DNA of 63,850 nucleotides, counting the filler, from Chiloscyllium plagiosum (Eukaryota), in assembly GCF_004010195.1 (NCBI RefSeq). It is 6 parts of one record of this genome, joined end to end, with 100 filler letters (N's around TTAATTAATTAA, not from the genome) between each part and the next. Parts side by side here need not be neighbours in the genome. Positions count along the whole stretch, not along the records: positions 60,379 to 63,850 come from NC_057710.1; 5 more parts are not named here. One strand, given 5' to 3'. This document shows, in pieces, positions 63,405 to 63,850 of the stretch. Below the pieces are notes generated by a model. That model searched no databases and had not been told where the DNA came from. It saw only the letters and a program-made list of their open reading frames with translations. A program made the translations under genes and the position numbers. Every line of letters starts with the position of its first letter. Position 1 is the stretch's first letter.

Positions 63405-63850
63405 GGAGCCCAGCACCGATCCTTGTGGGGCTCCACTGGTCACAGGCCTCCAGTCTGAAAAACAACCCTCCACCATCACCCTCTGTCTTCTACCTTTGAG
63501 CCAGTTCTGTATCCAAATGGCTAGTTCTCCCTGTATTCCATGAGATCTAACCTTGCTAATCAGTCACCCATGGGGAACCTTGTCGAACACCTTACTGAAG
63601 TCCATATACATCATATCTACTGCTCTGTCCTCATCAATCTTCTTTGTTACTTCCTCAAAAAACTCAAGCTTGTGAGACATGATTTCCCATGCACAAATCC
63701 ATGTTGACTATCCCGAATCAGTCCTTGCCTTTCCAAATACATGTACATCCTGTCCCTCAGGGTTCCCTCCAACAACTTGCCCACCACCGAGGTCAGGCTC
63801 ACTGGTCTATAGTTCCCTGGCTTGTCCTTACCACCCTTCTTAAACAGTGG
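63405..63850 (-). mobile_element. CR1 RT fragment (runs off the window)
   Basis: Near-identical to 60379-60805. Confidence 0.92.

Overview
Eukaryotic vertebrate DNA, very likely an elasmobranch (shark), inferred from HE1-type V-SINEs and HER1/CR1-type LINEs. Most of the window is decayed, nested retroelements inside the large introns of one minus-strand host gene that the ORF track does not show in its coding frame. This is an ADAM-family metalloprotease, with an EGF-like exon at 39326-39440, a transmembrane exon at 33600-33762, and tentative terminal exons near 4.7-4.9 kb or 18.0 kb. The introns hold dozens of CR1 fragments, HE1 SINEs, L2 and RTE remnants, two Gmr1-like Gypsy elements (one with integrase before RT, one lacking RT but keeping both LTRs and a TSD) and an internally deleted class I endogenous retrovirus. 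They also hold at least three families of Penelope-like elements with minimal hammerhead ribozyme motifs, many as short fold-back insertions with 11-16 bp TSDs. All calls are by-eye motif recognition without database searches, and repeat boundaries are approximate.
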